Notes: a model not told the origin generated them from the letters alone. A stretch of DNA of 64,000 nucleotides from Amoebidium appalachense (GCA_963693365.1 CAVNZM010000015.1:4781502-4845501); one strand, 5' to 3'. Positions 11,570 to 23,944 are shown, numbered from the stretch's first letter. Numbers and translations: made by a program.

Positions 11570-14500
11570 CCGACAAGGGTGCATGTGCAGTGCTTGGGGT
11601 GGGCGACGTGTTCTTTTCCAGCACCATCGACGGCGTTACTGCGGTGCATCAGCTGACGGATGTACTCTACGTGCCCTCCATCCCCGACACTCTCATCAGT
11701 GTGTTCACGGCATCTACCAACGGCGTTTTACCCCGCTTTGACACCCGCGGCGGCGTTAAGTTGTGCTACGGCGATCAAATTCTGGCCACCGGCTCGGCTG
11801 TCGGCACCAAGCTGTACCACATGGCGGTGTCTCTTCTGCGCGCGGACACAACCCCGGACACCCAAACCACCACTGCTCCGCGTATCTTCAAGGTTACTGC
11901 CGACCTCAACACGTGGCACTACCGTCTGGGCCATGCTGGCATTGACGCTGTACGCTCGGTCATCAAGTCTGCAGGCCTGTTGGTGGGTGGCGGTGCCAAG
12001 TCTCCGGGTGTGTGTGAGCCCTGTGCCCTCGGCAAAGCCCACCGTGTTGCCTTCTCCGAATCAACCAGCCAAGCTCCCCGGGTCCTAGCCAAGGTTCACA
12101 GCGACATCAGCGGCCCCTTCCCTCCCGCGATCGGTGGTGCTCAGTACTTGGCGACGTTCCACGACGACTTCACCGGCCACACCACGGCCGTGCCCCTCGT
12201 CAAGAAGTCAGACACACTGGCTGCATATGTGACGTACCACAAGGCGGCGGTTACCCAACACGGTGTTCCCATGCAGGTGTTTCAGTCCGACGGGGGGGGC
12301 GAGTACATGGGCACGGCCTTCGGGGACTACAACCGTGAGCACGGCATTCGCCATCAGATCACTACCACCGGCTCTCCTCAACAGAATGGGACTGCCGAAC
12401 GACTGAACCGGACCCTCCTCGACATGGTTCGGGCACTCCTGCAGCAGTCCGGCCTTCCGGTGGGATTCTGGGCCGAGGCAGCTGTGACCGCGGCTTTTAT
12501 ACGCAACATGCTCCCGTCGCGAGCCACCGGCAGCCAATCGTCTCCCGCCCTGCTGTGGACCGGCATTCCTCCCGACTACAGCCGGCTCCGTGTCTGGGGC
12601 TCTCCCTGCTACGTCCATCAACAGGATACACCGAAACTGGCGCCTCGTGCCGTCAAGGGCATCTTCGTGGGCTACCCTCCTAACATCAAGGGCTACAAGG
12701 TCTGGATTCCAGCAGCACACAAGATGACCGTCAGCCGTGACGTACAGTTCGACGAGGCTGCTATTCTGCACCCCCTCCGTTATGTCCCATCTGATTGGTC
12801 GACCGCACCGGCAATTCATCATTTTTTGGAGTCATCTGATTCGTCAAATCAGCCAGCCAATCACATCGTCCGGAATGATCAGCAATCTGATTCGTCTCGT
12901 CTGTCAGCCAATGGGACAGCGCCGAGTGATCAATTGGACATTCCGATCCTGCCCGAGCCTGCACATCGGCTCCCCCGGACGACCCGTAGTGGTGCTGTGT
13001 ACAACGACCAACGTCGAGGCCCGACTGCCAACGTGGCTGCTGCTACGGCCCCCCTTGCCTCCCAGGCTACGGCTCCTGCATCAACACCCATCAAGGCTTC
13101 CACCATTGTTGTCCCCAAGACTGTCCGGGCTGCACTCAAGAGTCCCCAGCGTCTGAAATGGGAGGAGGCTGCACACCGTGAGCTCAAGGCCCTGGAAGAC
13201 AACGGCACCTTCACCCTTGTGCCCCGTCCAGAGGATGGCTCCACTGTCATTCCGGTCGGCTGGGTCTTTACGGTCAAGCAGGACAACGTCGGCAACGTCA
13301 CTGCTTTCAAGGCCCGGCTTGTGGCCCGGGGCAACTACCAGCAGCCTGGCCAGGACTATTTCGTCACCGAGTCACCTGTGGCTGCGCTGGCTACCATCCG
13401 GCTGGTTTTGGCTACCTCCGTGGCCCAAGGTCTGCCTCTGCGCCACATCGACGTCAACACAGCATTCCTCAACGGCACCGTCAACGAGACCATCTACATT
13501 GAGCAGCCCCCTGGCTTCGTCAACCCCTCGGCCCCCCATGCTGTCGGCTTGCTCCACAAGGCGCTCTACGGCCTAAAACAGGCACCGCGCCAGTGGTATG
13601 AGGCCCTCCGTGACCATCTCCTCGACCAAGGCTTCATTGTGAGTGCTGCTGACCCGTGCCTGTTCATCAAGAATGCCGGGACCCCAAGGTTTATTGCCCT
13701 TGCTGCCTACGTGGATGACTTCACCGTGACGGCCGCCACTGATGCGCTCATCGACGATTTTTTCACCAAGCTGGATGCTCGTTTCTCTGCCAAGGACCTG
13801 GGTCGTCCTACCCTGCTCATCGGGCACACTCTTACCTGGCTGGAGGACGGGTCTCTGCGTCTGGGCCATCGTCAACACATCATCGACTTGGCTGCCCGTT
13901 TTCGTCTCACCCACATGTCCGGCACCAAGACCCCCATCGTCCCGGGCCAGGCCAGTGAAAGCAACAAGACCCCAGCCCACAGCAAGAAGGAGGACTATGC
14001 CAGCCTGGTCGGTGCCCTGCTGTGGATTGCGCGTACCACCCGCCCCGACATTTCCCAGGCTCTGGGAGTCCTTACTCGACACATTCATGCGCCCACCGTC
14101 ACCCACTGGACTATGGCTACCAGAGTTGTAAGCTACCTGCTGGCCACCATCGACCTGGGTATTGTCTACCGTCCCGGCCCCCCCACCCTTGTTGGCTACT
14201 CCGACTCCGACTACGCCGAGGACCGCGACACCCGGCGCTCCACCACGGGCTATGTCTTCTTCATCAACTCCTCCCCTGTGTCCTGGGTGTCTCGGCTCCA
14301 GTCCATCACCACCCACAGCTCCACTGAGGCTGAATTTGTGGCCATGTCTGCTGCTACGAACGAGGCCATATGGCTCAACTATGTGATGGACGACCTGGGC
14401 CTTAATCCTATCGATGAGCCCACCCCGGTGCCCATCCATGGGGAAAATGAGTCTGCCCGGGCCCTGCTGGACACCCTGGGGGTTAAGCCCAAGACCAAGC

Positions 14501-14658
14501 ACATCGACGTCCGCTACTGCTCCGTCAAGGAACATCACCTGCTGGGCAACATCACTGTGGTCCCGGTGGCTTCTGCTGACAACAAGGCCGACATGTTCAC
14601 CAAGGCCCTGTCTGCCTCTTTCTTCACCAAGGCCGTGGGGATGCTCAACATGTGCTGA
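11410..14658 (+). CDS. pol: Copia Pol (protease, integrase, reverse transcriptase, RNase H), in the -1 frame relative to gag
   Basis: PR LLDSGATDH; INT WHYRLGH..CEPC, HSD, QSDGGGEY, QQNGTAERLNRTL, KGYKVW; RT FKARLVARG, DVNTAFLNG, KALYGLKQAPRQW, YVDD; RH YSDSD, STEAEF, TKHIDVR, ADMFTK. Confidence 0.96.
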   Translation: MQGGAAAPRAFLMSSNDCGTNKVLLDSGATDHVCPRPDVFVNMRAAPYSTVQVADKGACAVLGVGDVFFSSTIDGVTAVHQLTDVLYVPSIPDTLISVFTASTNGVLPRFDTRGGVKLCYGDQILATGSAVGTKLYHMAVSLLRADTTPDTQTTTAPRIFKVTADLNTWHYRLGHAGIDAVRSVIKSAGLLVGGGAKSPGVCEPCALGKAHRVAFSESTSQAPRVLAKVHSDISGPFPPAIGGAQYLATFHDDFTGHTTAVPLVKKSDTLAAYVTYHKAAVTQHGVPMQVFQSDGGGEYMGTAFGDYNREHGIRHQITTTGSPQQNGTAERLNRTLLDMVRALLQQSGLPVGFWAEAAVTAAFIRNMLPSRATGSQSSPALLWTGIPPDYSRLRVWGSPCYVHQQDTPKLAPRAVKGIFVGYPPNIKGYKVWIPAAHKMTVSRDVQFDEAAILHPLRYVPSDWSTAPAIHHFLESSDSSNQPANHIVRNDQQSDSSRLSANGTAPSDQLDIPILPEPAHRLPRTTRSGAVYNDQRRGPTANVAAATAPLASQATAPASTPIKASTIVVPKTVRAALKSPQRLKWEEAAHRELKALEDNGTFTLVPRPEDGSTVIPVGWVFTVKQDNVGNVTAFKARLVARGNYQQPGQDYFVTESPVAALATIRLVLATSVAQGLPLRHIDVNTAFLNGTVNETIYIEQPPGFVNPSAPHAVGLLHKALYGLKQAPRQWYEALRDHLLDQGFIVSAADPCLFIKNAGTPRFIALAAYVDDFTVTAATDALIDDFFTKLDARFSAKDLGRPTLLIGHTLTWLEDGSLRLGHRQHIIDLAARFRLTHMSGTKTPIVPGQASESNKTPAHSKKEDYASLVGALLWIARTTRPDISQALGVLTRHIHAPTVTHWTMATRVVSYLLATIDLGIVYRPGPPTLVGYSDSDYAEDRDTRRSTTGYVFFINSSPVSWVSRLQSITTHSSTEAEFVAMSAATNEAIWLNYVMDDLGLNPIDEPTPVPIHGENESARALLDTLGVKPKTKHIDVRYCSVKEHHLLGNITVVPVASADNKADMFTKALSASFFTKAVGMLNMC

Positions 14659-14832
14659 GCACCCGTCATCAACCAACTGCGCCCTCATACTTCAGGGGGG
14701 GGAGAGAGTTGCATCCGACTGTGCAACTACGTGTACCATACTAAATTTGAGTAGGGGAATCTTTATTGTCTGTATTTTGTGCACCTGAAGCACTCGAGCT
14801 CAGTTGCATTAATTCATACCACAATTATCCAA

Positions 14833-14843
14833 TTGAGTAGGGG
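14833..14843 (+). promoter_or_regulatory. Polypurine tract of copia element
   Basis: TTGAGTAGGGG directly before the 3' LTR, with an exact second copy at 14747-14757. Confidence 0.8.
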
Positions 14844-15608
14844 TGTTGGAGTACACTGGTACTCCCGGCTAGCAATGTCTGTTAGAGAAAGTTTCTGAGC
14901 AATTGAATAATTGTTTCAACACTCACTCGAGTGCATAGAGCTTTTGTTTACGGTCATATTCATATATGGTAGTTATATGTTTGAGCCGAAACTGTACCAA
15001 TGACGAGCTTCACTAGCAACGTGCTAATTGTGCTCATTAATTAATATTCCCGGTTCAGATGATGTCATGGCTATATTTGCCACAGGATTCTATTCTTAGA
15101 GTGGTAGTGTGCTTTATTCCCGGATATTCTCAGAATATTTTTAGTTGTGTGAAGTAAGATTTACGTTTAACTGCAATTGGTGTGTTAAACACGTTTATTT
15201 GTGTGCTTTAGTGCAAGTTAACTAGCCACTCAACGTGCACAGTTAACTTTTATATCTTTAACGACTTGTTTTCATTGTGCTCTCTTTTCGGCCATGCTGT
15301 ACATGGCCCACCACCAGGGTGCACACGAGGCCACCATGAGGTGGCCAACGACTATATAAAGCAGTGCCTCCCATGTCACAAACATGGGAAGCAGAACGTT
15401 TGATTTACACTTTTCTACTGTCGTTTTCAGTGCACAAAACACATAGACTAGTTACCCATCATACACGACACTATGTCTGACAACTTACAGTTGCAGCAAC
15501 TAGTCCAACTACTGGAGCAGAGGTTGGCCTCACAAGATGCAATCATTTCTGACTTACAGAAGGAACAACGTGCACTAGAACTAGCTTCTATGAACACAAT
15601 GTCCAACA
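14844..15608 (+). repeat. 3' LTR of copia element
   Basis: Direct repeat of 9732-10496, followed by the CTCTC target-site duplication. Confidence 0.97.
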
Positions 15609-15638
15609 CTCTCCCCTCCCCCCCTCCCCCCTACCCCA

Positions 15639-15690
<52 letters not shown>

Positions 15691-16081
15691 CCCCCCCCCC
15701 CCCCCCCCCTCCCCCGCCGCACACACACGCACACACACATTCACTTACTCACTCTACTACCGCTACTACGACCACTACCATTATCACCACACGCCAACCA
15801 GCCACTACCGAAACGAGTTTTTCGTCGTCCCTCTTTCTCTAATTTCGTTTCCTAGCCATACTCTTCCATTCCACTACTCCTTTGCCGTTTCCCCTCAAAA
15901 TCTAAAACGGTTAAGGCTGTTGTCTCCCTCTCCCACCTACCTTTAATATCAAACAAGAACCACCTCAGCCCGTTAAACTTTGCATATTTGCAAAATATGT
16001 ACTTACGATGCCCGCATAGTAAATTTCGGACACCTACATGCACGCACGCGCGCCCACACAAACGTGCCGCGCGCGCGCGCG

Positions 16082-16175
<94 letters not shown>

Positions 16176-16211
16176 GTTTCAGGCACATTTAAAAGTTCAC
16201 GAACACACACA

Positions 16212-16340
<129 letters not shown>

Positions 16341-16729
16341 ACGCACACACAAACACACGCACACACAAAAACTTCTTGACTGCACACTCAATAGAATTAC
16401 ACAAGCAAAAACCGCAACATTACGAATGATTTCAGCATTTACCAGGCCGGAGCCCTGTTCTCTGTGCTACGGTTCTCGTTGTTGTTTTAATTTTTCAAGC
16501 GCGATGCCAGAGCTGTTTTCAAATAATTTATTAAAGATATTGTGACATTCTGTGTCACTTAGAATCAGAAACTTTGTATCGATCGGCAAAGTTGCAGCTA
16601 TGTACAAGCATGCTCTTGCATACTAGGGTGACCTTTAAGTAACTCACGATTAGCTAATCTCGAGTTATGTAGAAACCAGATCGGGTCATTACAATGCATG
16701 TATAGTCACTCCATTTAAAAGTACCAATT

Positions 16730-16776
<47 letters not shown>

Positions 16777-16780
16777 CCAG

Positions 16781-17051
16781 CTGATACCGAGTGTCCCAAG
16801 GGGAGCCCCATAAAAAAAAAAAGAAAAAAAAAAAAAAAAAGAAAAAAAAAAAAAACGGGGAACCCCAACTAATTGATTCCTCCTTGTAGTCTTTATGGTG
16901 TCTCGTAGAGAAAGTAAACCCTGATATATAGTCACCACCCGACATCTATGTACGTGATCATGATATACCGCTGAGGGGATATTCCGAGCAAAACCCCCCC
17001 CCCCATTCCTGAGACTGGTTCTCTTTGCCTCGAGTAAACAGCGTAAACCCC
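16781..17051. repeat. Interspersed repeat family B, copy 1
   Basis: AAAACGGGGAACCCCAACTAATTGATT...AAACCCTGATATATA..CACCACCCGACA...CCTGAGACTGGT...TGCCTCGA.TAAACAG.GTAAACCCC, aligning with 30230-30584. Confidence 0.85.
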
Positions 17052-17113
17052 CTTGTGCTTTTCAAGCAAACAAAATCCCAAAAAGTATATATATGAAGAA
17101 ACACATACAATGT

Positions 17114-18595
17114 TTATGCAAATACTTGGAATGTATCAGCGTCGACGATAATTTGTCTCACAGACGCAATGGTACCGGCCACACCGACAAACACACCGAC
17201 CGTAGCAATGGACCAGCACGCCACCTTGGTGCCCGTGCCTGCTGTGCCCTGCTTGTAGCGCAGATACATGATGCAGGGGAGAACAAACGTAAGCGGAGTG
17301 ATGCCGAGCGCACCGAAAAGAGACATGATGTCACCGAAGAATGGAATGGCAATGGCAACAAACCACGTGAACAGAATGTAGGTGAAGCGGAGGGGAACGG
17401 TAGCAAGCGTGTTGTTGGCGGGGAAGAACGAAAGGTGTCTAACTGCCTGGCGCTGCATTGCGGCATAGACGGGCATAGACAGCACCTGGTAGGCAATCAC
17501 CACGTGCAGCACCACCAACACCTCGGCAATCGTCACGGCCACACTCACCCCGCTGCTTGCGTCTGCCGCTTGAATGCTCATCAAAATGTTGCTCTGGACC
17601 GTCTGCCCAAACGCCCAGTATCCGGACACGGCGCTGCAAAAGTACAAAACCAAAACGAAGCACCAAGCAACACTGAGACCCTTGATGCTCTCGCGCTTGG
17701 GGCAGGGGTTTGGCGCCATCGTGGCCTGGATTTCGGGGAGAATCATGTGCACTCCGAAGGCAAAAGCAATGGTTGAGATGCCAGTGAAGAAGTTAAAGAC
17801 GTTGTCGACAGTGCTTCCCTCCACCGGCCCGTACACGACGCCGGGCTGCTGGCCAAGGTAGAAGCACAGAGACACGCTGATGACGCAGTAGCCGATGCTT
17901 GCAGCGGCAGCAATCATTGAAATGGCCGACACACTCTCCAGCGAAGGGAAGAAACAGAGAAAGAGTTGAAGCCCCGCAACGGCGCTAGTCCACACTAGCT
18001 GCTTGACGGTGGAACAATCTGTTCCACAATGGCCAACATAAAGACTGTTGATGTTCTCCCCCGCAGCAATGAGATAGGCAATGCTTGTGCCCACCAAAAC
18101 GGTGTACTGGAACGGCGCAATAAACCACTTTGCGTTGCGCTTGCCCAACACATAGACACCCACAGCAAAGTACGTGCGAAGGCGCTTGGGCTCCTTGTTC
18201 TCTTCGTCCGTGTGTGTCAGGTGCATGCGCATGAGTAGTGCGGCCGTGTAGTAGCTGACAACATAGGCCAAGGCAAGCATGATCATTCCGGGAATCCACG
18301 TAAGTTGAGCCATAGCGCGCGGCAGGCCCAAGACACCCGTTCCTACGATAACGGTTGTGATGTGGAACCCCGCGTGGTACCACCGCCCGTGTGGTTGCGG
18401 GTCCCAGAGCATTGTTGGCTCCTCGGCAAGGGCCGCCTCATTATCATTTTCTGTGAATGCATTTTGGTTGCTGTTGTCTTTGGTTTCCTTTGCCTCTGTA
18501 GTGGTTTTGGGCAGAGCCTCTGAAATGTCGACGGTGGTGAGCCCAACGGCCTGTTGGGTGCCACTAGGAGTGCAGTCGGAGTCACTGGCGGCCAT
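17114..18595 (-). CDS. Amino-acid transporter, AAAP family, LHT-like; intronless, 493 aa (copy 3)
   Basis: Paralogue of copy 2 over its full length. ATG at 18595 (ACCATGG context, MAASDSD) is preferred over the TTG start in the ORF track. Confidence 0.93.
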   Translation of the reverse strand: MAASDSDCTPSGTQQAVGLTTVDISEALPKTTTEAKETKDNSNQNAFTENDNEAALAEEPTMLWDPQPHGRWYHAGFHITTVIVGTGVLGLPRAMAQLTWIPGMIMLALAYVVSYYTAALLMRMHLTHTDEENKEPKRLRTYFAVGVYVLGKRNAKWFIAPFQYTVLVGTSIAYLIAAGENINSLYVGHCGTDCSTVKQLVWTSAVAGLQLFLCFFPSLESVSAISMIAAAASIGYCVISVSLCFYLGQQPGVVYGPVEGSTVDNVFNFFTGISTIAFAFGVHMILPEIQATMAPNPCPKRESIKGLSVAWCFVLVLYFCSAVSGYWAFGQTVQSNILMSIQAADASSGVSVAVTIAEVLVVLHVVIAYQVLSMPVYAAMQRQAVRHLSFFPANNTLATVPLRFTYILFTWFVAIAIPFFGDIMSLFGALGITPLTFVLPCIMYLRYKQGTAGTGTKVACWSIATVGVFVGVAGTIASVRQIIVDADTFQVFA

Positions 18596-18810
18596 GGTGG
18601 TAAGAAATATATAGCTACCTAGGTGAGTGATAATTGAATAATACAATGTCCGAAATGTAGAGCTGAAAGTTAAGCAAGTAAACCTTTAAACAACCTAAGA
18701 GAAATGGAAGAGAAATTTCTTCTTATCAATTCGCTGCACAAGCCGTGATATGGGCGTCGGGTTTGGAGGTTGTTTGAATCTGCCAGGCTGAGTGTGACTG
18801 CAGTGTTCCG

Positions 18811-18891
18811 TTATATACCCAGAACTGGCTCACGGTACTCTTTGTTGATTGGTTGGGAAAGCCAATCAAAACTTTGAACGTGATGACGTCA
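18811..18891 (-). promoter_or_regulatory. Putative promoter of transporter copy 3
   Basis: TATATAA on the minus strand at 18811-18817, CCAAT boxes at 18848-18852 and 18862-18866, TGACGTCA at 18884-18891 and a second TGACGTCA at 19583-19590. Confidence 0.5.
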
Positions 18892-20968
18892 ATGGGCATC
18901 TCTATTTTTGGCACCCCTTGAGCAGGGTAGGGATTAAGAAAAAAAATCGTCGTAATTACGATTAACGAGAGACCCCGATACGAATAAGGTCAGGGTACCG
19001 TCATAACAGCTTTCGTATCAGGTGTGTAGCATTATCAACGCTTAAATATGTCATTTTCCCTATTTTTCCAATATTTCTGTTCAAGAACAGCGCATTCCCC
19101 CCCAAGAACATATCTACAGCGCTTCTCATGTGCAATATCGAGCCCCGATAAGTTTCCAGGGCTTGTAATATTGCGGGACTCAATTTGTAAAAACACGTAT
19201 TTTGAGTTTTGCGACTGGAGGGGCGTTTTAGGCGGGGCTTGCAGCTCACCAAGAACCCACCCGTTACGATTAAGAAATTGTCCGTTACGATTGGCCAAAA
19301 GGCGATACGGTTAAGCTGGCGAACCCCAGCCCAACCCTGACCCTGAGATATCGTTAGCCAACCGTCATCGGTCAAGTTTGTCAACGTACGAAAACACAAC
19401 AAATATTATACATGGTCTCCAGAAGAAAAGGCAGCAGCGTAAAAAATCACAAATGTCACAGACTTTGATATGCTGAATAACAGTAAATAACGAGCGATAT
19501 GGCAGTACATAGCTGGCAGCCTGGAGGCTGGTGCCCCGCCAGCTGGCAGCCTGGCACATTATGGCGACATTTTTAGAAGTGATGACGTCACACAGGCTGT
19601 TGGCAAGTTGCCTGGCTGTCGAACCCTTCCCAGCGGTTGTTCTCTCTTTGCGCATTGCGCCTAAAAAATTCTAAATACAATGAAATTGCGGTAGGGTATT
19701 ATTTCAGCGCTGTTGTATATGTTATGATGAGGCTTTTTTGTAAATTATGGTCAGCTGTGGCAGCCAGATGTCCTCGAAATCTCACCGAACCACCGCTCAC
19801 TATCATCTGAGTCATGATTGCCTCGGATTGGTTGTGTGATATTTTAAAACTTCAGGTATGCAGCTTGAAACAAGTCCACCAATCACATATCTTCTAATTA
19901 ATTCTAAGATTGTCCAATGAACGCATGCTCTGAAAACCCAAATATGTACAATGTAAACAAACCATTCTGTTTTGCTTCTGTTTTTGGATGATGGACGCAC
20001 CAACGACCGTTTCTATGTTTTCCTTTCCGGAAACCAGCCTCTCCGGCGATAGTCCCTCTTATGGCTGTGGTGCACATTTGCGCGCATGTATTTAGAGTTT
20101 GTGTTTACTGCGTTCTAACGGAGATAGGGGTGCACGCCCTCGTTAAGCCTACCTATAATGATTAGCGTGAACAATTTTTTGTGTGCACGCGTCACGGTAC
20201 CGGTACCGTACGTATACCGTCGGGTGTGCTTGCCAAGTATGGTGTCACAAGTTGTGCTTGTGACCGATGCCCGCAGGGTGTGTTTCAGCATACCCTATTA
20301 TGAATAGGTACAAGGCTTCTGTATATGTATACTGTAGTGTGCACATGTGCGCGCCATAATTTGTGGTGCACATGTGGACATGCAAGGGGATTGTTAACGT
20401 GCACGCGAATGTGTGAGTTTGAAGTCTTTTTGTACCCAGTTTGTCACAGACACTCTGCACCGTGTGCGTAAGTTCGAGGCTGTGTCATAGTGCCGCGTAC
20501 CTACGCATGTGTTTCCGTCGTCCTGCACCGGTGTATCAGCTAATATGTAGTATACGCTTTTATTCTTCTATGTGCTATAGTGTTTCAACCAAGCAGTTAT
20601 ATCAAATGAATTAGTGTATATGTATGCATGATCATATTGACATAATATGCATGTGTGTGTGTTCTCCCACGTCATGTCGATAACTATTATATCTGGAATA
20701 ATGAGGGCTCTACCTAGCGATAGCTATATAGGGGGTTTTTTTATTTATCACGATGGCCCTGGCGAGGCGCAGCTCACTATATTATGGGATTACCGTTTAC
20801 CATAAATATATGCCGCCAGGAAGTCGGGGCCAGAAGTGCCCACAAGGGCACAGCCTCGAATTTGGCCGTACATAGAGGTAGCTGCTATGAGTTCACGCGC
20901 TGTCCATATTTAAAGACGACGGGGCCACAGAGAATATAACGTGAATATACAGGAAGAAATGAGGGTTT

Positions 20969-21004
<36 letters not shown>

Positions 21005-21051
21005 CACGTGTGTGTGTGTGTTTGTGCCCAAACCCCCTCCCCCAATCTCTC

Positions 21052-21183
<132 letters not shown>

Positions 21184-21426
21184 CCTCTCTCTCTGTCCTC
21201 TCTCTCTCCCCCCCCCCCCCCCCCCCCGGCCCAGCCCCCCTCCCCCCTCCCCCCCCCCCCCCCGGGCGTACCCCCACCCCAAATACGTTCCTGAGATCTC
21301 TCTCTCTCTCTGCCCTCCCCGCCCCCCCCTATCTGTCTTTCTCTCTCTCCCTGTCCCTCTCTATTCTCTCTCTCTTTTACAAAAACACACACACACACAC
21401 ATACTCTCTCTGTCTCTCTCTTTCTT

Positions 21427-21457
<31 letters not shown>

Positions 21458-21486
21458 CCCCCCCCCCTCTCCCTCTCTCTTTCTAG

Positions 21487-21549
<63 letters not shown>

Positions 21550-21835
21550 TCCCTTCTCTCCCTCTCTGTAGGTCTCTATCTGTAGTCTCTCTATCTATCT
21601 ATCCCTCACTCACACAACATTCTCTCTCTTTCTCTCTTTCTCTTTCACTCTTTCCCTCTTGATTTTCTTCTCTGAGCTCGCGCTCTTTGTGTGTGTACGT
21701 GGTGATGCTGTGTGTGTGTGTGTGTGCGTGCGTTTGTGTGTTTGTGTGTATGTTTGTGTGTGTGTGCATGCGTGCATGCGTGCGTGCGTGCTTCTGTGTG
21801 CGTGTGCACCATGTGTTCGTGTGTCCTCTCTCGCC

Positions 21836-21905
<70 letters not shown>

Positions 21906-21946
21906 GAGACTCTCTCTCTCTCCGAGACTCTCTCTCCCTCTCTCCC

Positions 21947-21998
<52 letters not shown>

Positions 21999-22051
21999 TC
22001 CCTCGCTCCCTTCCCCCCTCTCTCCCTCTCTCCCTCTCTCTCTCTCTCCCC

Positions 22052-22082
<31 letters not shown>

Positions 22083-22151
22083 GGCTCTCTCTCTCTGTGT
22101 GTGCGTCTCTCTAGCTCTCTCTAGCTCTCTCTCTCTCTAGCTCTCTCTCCC

Positions 22152-22190
<39 letters not shown>

Positions 22191-22286
22191 CTCTCTGCTT
22201 GCTGATGCTGCTTGTCTCTCGGTCACTCTTATGTCTCTCCGCCCCTCCCCTTCCCGCTCCTCCTTCGCTTAGTCGGCCTCTTTCGC

Positions 22287-22411
<125 letters not shown>

Positions 22412-22448
22412 GCACGCACGCACGCACACACGCACGCATGCACGCACG

Positions 22449-22491
<43 letters not shown>

Positions 22492-23108
22492 CTAAATCGT
22501 TAGCTAATCAGAATCGACTTTTGTTCTCCATATTTGGCTAGCTTAGAATTTTCGGAACTTTCCTTTTAGTCATTATGATTGGTTTACTCTCGGTTCCAAT
22601 GTTTTGCACAACAATGATTGGATGACGCACTGGAGTCAAGCTTTCACAGGGTTTGAATAATGAGACACTGTTACACCCACACATACTGTACGAAGGCCCC
22701 AAGAGCGTGTAATATGGCCCATACAGTAGTATGTGTACATACACTGCAGAAAGCTTTTTTTTTGTTTTTTGTTTTCTTTCATGTGGTGTGCATGATTGCG
22801 GAATGTTACCGGCGCATTAGAGTCTAAATACGTATCATATCATCGCAGTGCACATACGTAGGTCCATGGGGGCGGAATATCCTGCAAAATTTCGATTCCT
22901 GGATCTTCACAGAGTAGATCACCCGTACACGTGCACACACAATAATTCTGTATGCATGCTATTGATTTGTACAGACTTATTAGTAAGACTAGAAGGGTCT
23001 AGGTTTATGAGTGAATAGCTGCCAGAAACGCCACGCTGCTACAAAAGAAGGGTTGTTTAGCTTCTACGCCTTTTTTGTTAAAGGGCTCATTACCTTCCTA
23101 ACGCAAAA

Positions 23109-23909
23109 ATGAAGTTGCTCACTCACAACATGCTGCAGTGTCACGTCAAGGTGCCCCCCCCCCCTCCCCCCTCCTCCCTCCCCCCTCCCCCCTCCCTCCC
23201 CCCCGTCCCCCCACCCCCACCACCACCACCATCATCATCACCACCACCACCACCACCACCGCGCACCCCCTTTTTTTGTCCACCTTTAGCCCGGCCCTGT
23301 TGCCCCCCTTGCCTCCCTTCACCACTTCCTCCTCCTCTTGCCCGTTCGGCTAGCATGCTTCAAGAGCGAAATGGAGGTTTTTCTGTGGGAGGGAAGGAAG
23401 GTGGGAAGAAAAGGAGGGGGAGGAAGAGGAGGAGGGCGAGGGGGGAAAGGGTGGGGGAGGAGGAAGGAGGATGCTGGGTAAGGGATCGGCTTCGTAGTTG
23501 TTCGTTTGGAGAAGGCTTGCGATGGAAGGGGTGGCACGTGTGTGTCAGTATTGACTCATCTCAGCCTTTTTCTTGTGGATGGGAAGGGAGCAGGGGGGGG
23601 GGGGGGAGGAGGGAGGGGATGTGCGGAGGAACGCGCGGGAGGGGGGGTTAAAGGGCAACCCGGGAATGGTCAGGAAAAGGCTGACCGTTGGTGTAGGAAT
23701 GGTAGCGATGATATATCAAACATTTTTTTAACTTGGAGATCTGGATGTGTAGCAAGGCCTGGGGAAGTGGGCAGATGGAGAAAGAGGAGCACGGTGGCGG
23801 GGGGGAAAGTGGGGTGGTTTTGTGATGTGTGTGTGTGTGTGCATGTGCGTGTGTGCGTGTGCGTGTGTGTGTGTATGGCGGGGGGGACGGGGAGGGAGGG
23901 GGAGGGGGG

Positions 23910-23944
<35 letters not shown>

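Larger units (their letters stand above)
9732..15608 (+). mobile_element. Full-length Ty1/copia LTR retrotransposon, recent insertion
   Basis: Two 765-bp LTRs (TGTTGG...CCAACA), target-site duplication CTCTC at 9727-9731 and 15609-15613, PBS, PPT, and domain order gag-PR-INT-RT-RH. Confidence 0.98.

Noticed and set aside
13573-14688. 371-aa antisense ORF over RT/RNase H, and 17093-17776 opposite transporter copy 3
   Set aside because: Shadow frames of GC-rich coding sequence with no independent motifs.
18596-18646. TTG-initiated 17-aa extension of transporter copy 3
   Set aside because: An ATG in good context at 18595 matches the start region of copy 2.
20194-20209. Perfect 16-bp palindrome ACGGTACCGGTACCGT
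   Set aside because: Isolated, and explained by duplication of a GGTACC unit.
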